Assembly: GCF_039654945.1 (NCBI RefSeq)
Contig: NW_027361767.1
Location: forward strand, 310,001 to 374,000
Source: Dendrobates tinctorius
Lineage: Eukaryota
Reading direction: 5' to 3'
Length of the DNA stretch: 64,000 nt
Of the stretch, positions 61,401-64,000 are shown in pieces. Below the pieces are notes generated by a model. That model made no database searches. It worked only from the letters and a program-made list of their open reading frames with translations, and was not told the origin of the DNA. Both the position numbers and the translations under genes were made by a program. Position 1 is the stretch's first letter. Each line of letters starts with the position of its first letter.

Positions 61401-63206
61401 CACCGATAATGGACCGCACAAGGACACAATGCCTCTCAGTCACATCATTTACCAATGTCGGTAAAAAAAACGGGCTGTTACTTTATCATTGAAAATGTTG
61501 AACTAGTCACGCGCTTGGTAAGTTTTGCTCATGAACAGGTGGCAATAGTGACAGGGACCTACCCAGGAACTGCTGGTATTGCTGGACCTGGGAGCTGATG
61601 TCAGAAAGGCCAGAAGTCGTCTGCTGCACTCCTCCGACTCCGTTACTCATTCCCTCCATCTTCTGGATTGGTTTCATCCTGGAAGGAACAGAAAACGATG
61701 AGGATTGTGACATGATATCTAACATGTCAGTCCACAGCGGCCGGATGAGGGGGGTGATCCGACCTGCACATGATTTGGCCATTCATGTATGACAGGCGAA
61801 GATGATCAGCAAAGTAATAACCACTCAAGGGACATTACTGCTGCACACACACATCAACGAGGCCTCCAAAGAGTTGCACCTCGAAGAAGGTATCGTTGAG
61901 TAGTTGGGTCTTTGTTTTTGTCTTCAATTTATGGCTCAGTGGGTCGCATGACAGATGGGGGTAGGTGGCCAGAGTACAAGAGTATGAGTACCTCTGCTTC
62001 TGAGAGAAGGGCTGCTGTCGCATGGCAAGGTGCTGCTGGTCCTCCATTAGGCGCAGGAGGGGGGAGCTGGCTTTAATTCTGAGACCGTAATAATGATACT
62101 TGGAGTTTCCTCTGCAAAAAAAAGAAAAATGCACAAAGGTTACTGTGGTATAAGAGTACAGCGTGAGATACGGATGGACCTCAGTGCGGCCTCCATGGAT
62201 CAGATTGAGATCTGGGGGGATTAAGAAACAAGTTGTCTCCTTGGTCCAGCTCTAGCTCTTCATCATGTTCCTCCCACCAGTCCTGATAATATCCGCAGCG
62301 TGGCAGGGGCATTATCCTGCTGGAAGACGGCACTGCCATCAGGTAATACGCCTGCCATGAAACGGGCACTATTGTTCCACTCTCATCCATTGTCTTTCAC
62401 TTCTCTGATATTTCAATATCTCAATAATACAGAAGGAATAATCTCTACCTGGTCCCCAACCTCCGGGTGCGGAGCCCCATGAAGACGGAGCGGATGAGTT
62501 TCCCAAATGAGGCGGCATTCACGGGCTCCAGCTTCTGCTCCTGGCAGTGCAGCAGGTAGTGGCAGTACAGGGTGCTCCGGGGGAGACTCACCCCTTCTGC
62601 GGTCTCATAGTTATCGAGCAGCCATTGCACCTGCTCGTAAAGGGAGAACAGTTATATGAGGTGGACGGTGAGAAGATACAGGGACTCCAGGTGCAGAGAG
62701 GGAGCGGAAGAATCTCATACCGTGGCAGGGGAGGCACGCGTGGTGTGAGAGTAGGATTGTGCGGCGTTACCCATTATAAATCCACCCTGTATAACATAGG
62801 TCCCAGATCCTGACCCTCCGCTGGCTCCGCTTCCTCCAGAAGCCCCTGGCGGTGTGGTGTTGGCAAGGATCTGTCCTCCGGATACATACATGGGGACCGA
62901 GGGACTGTTGGCTACAGCAGGGGATGATGTAGGGGAGTTGACCTGGCCCGTGGCACTCTGAGATTCATAGTAAGTGGATCCTGTGGCTTGGCTGTAGAGA
63001 GGCGTCTCTGTATAGGGGAAGGATCCCGAGCGACTACAAGAAATATTGACATAAGTAAGACGACATGGAGATTTTCAACATCTTCCAGGTAATGCAAGAC
63101 GTAGTACTTACATGGTGCTGGTTGTATAGGTGGCGTCTCCTTCCTCCACATACTGGACCTGCCCGGGATAGACATGCTGTACAGGGACCTGCGGTAACTG
63201 CTGGAC
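58445..63206 (-). CDS. RFX1: Regulatory factor X1, partial; 5' exons unresolved or beyond the window
   Basis: Exons (-): 63206-63112, 63033-62721, 62630-62449, 62111-61992, 61678-61563, 61364-61246, 61165-61065, 60747-60596, 60193-60096, 59994-59845, 59618-59410, 59326-59173, 58789-58744, 58611-58445. RFX DNA-binding domain ([18 protein letters not shown]...GNSKYHYYG), dimerisation domain and RFX1-type acidic tail; syntenic with DCAF15. Confidence 0.95.
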
Positions 63207-63719
63207 CTGAGATGAGTGACAATATATCAGATGCACAGAATATACAGATATATATACACCGCCTCCTGCCATGCAACTTTCTCCTCGGACCCTCACATCA
63301 TGGCCTTATCACCCTGGCACCTACTTTCAGCGCGGTCGGGGCTGTACCAAACAGCAAAACTTGTGGCACTTTCTGAACTGTGACTCTCTGCTTTGGGTGG
63401 TCTGCGAGAGGGGTGGAGAAACGTAGGTGATGAGGTATAAAATGGAACAGTTCCACCCAATCGGAGTTGGGCCCTGGCACCAAAGGAGGCATGCAGTGGC
63501 AGGTCTGTGCCGGGCTGATTGGGCGCTGGATGGGTGCAGTCTCTAACTCCTCCTGATCTGTCTGAAGCCTGGCTGAACTATACAGAGATTGTCTGACTGA
63601 GCTCTGAGGAATAAAGAGAGCGTTACACAGAGACACCGCCTGCTGGAGCCATCATTGTACACAGCAACAGTGCTCAAATAGGCAGTACTATCAGCGGAGA
63701 TACCCACTACACAATCTGA

Positions 63720-64000
63720 CCACCCCCAGCCAGTTCATGTGTCATCTCAGGTCATAGGGAAGACCGCCAGACAGTATATGTGTCATCTCAGGCCAGAGAG
63801 GAGATCCTCCCCAGCCAGTACATGTGTCATCTCAGGTCATAAGGGAGACCCCCAGCCAGTACATGTGTCATCTCAGGTCACAGGGGAGACCCCCAGCCAG
63901 AACATGTGTCATAGAGAGACCCCAGCCAGTACATGTGCCATTTGAGGTCATAGAGGAGACTGCCAGCCAGTGCATGTGTCATCTCAGGTCATAGGGGAGA
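63720..64000. repeat. ~42-bp minisatellite in an RFX1 intron, runs off the right edge
   Basis: cccagccagtacatgtgtcatctcaggtcataggggagac units. Confidence 0.9.

Noticed and set aside
63298-63636. Possible additional RFX1 exon(s), with acceptors at 63603 and ~63401
   Set aside because: No recognisable similarity to RFX1 and the splice phases could not be resolved, so left out of the model

Overview
Vertebrate genomic DNA, most likely an anuran amphibian (inferred from the compact introns and the PLE, Kolobok/T2, Harbinger and Tc1 repeat content, not proven). It carries the conserved block BRME1/C19orf57(-), CC2D1A(+), DCAF15(+), RFX1(-). I see no PODNL1 between CC2D1A and DCAF15, where mammals have it. 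CC2D1A (29 coding exons, one GC-AG intron) and DCAF15 (13 coding exons) can be traced completely. RFX1 lacks its 5' end and BRME1 its 3' end. The left 28 kb is mostly BRME1 intron packed with nested transposons: a Neptune-type Penelope-like element (PLE) in inverted 5'-to-5' configuration with a Gmr1-like LTR element inside it and a second small PLE inside that, an L1 ORF2, a deleted class III-like ERV, a Tc1 element and many MITEs. Main observations: (1) five hammerhead-ribozyme motifs from three PLE-type families, including a canonical one in a 263-bp insertion with a 16-bp TSD; (2) an in-frame ATG-G/intron architecture in the PLE pseudo-LTR; (3) a CCHC zinc knuckle apparently in the cytoplasmic tail of the ERV env; (4) a decayed inverted copy of the DCAF15 core promoter that keeps its X-box and CCAAT boxes; (5) 4-5 kb minisatellites starting just after exon 1 of both CC2D1A and DCAF15. 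The very long ORFs in the ORF track come from tandem repeats. All coordinates and alignments were read by eye.
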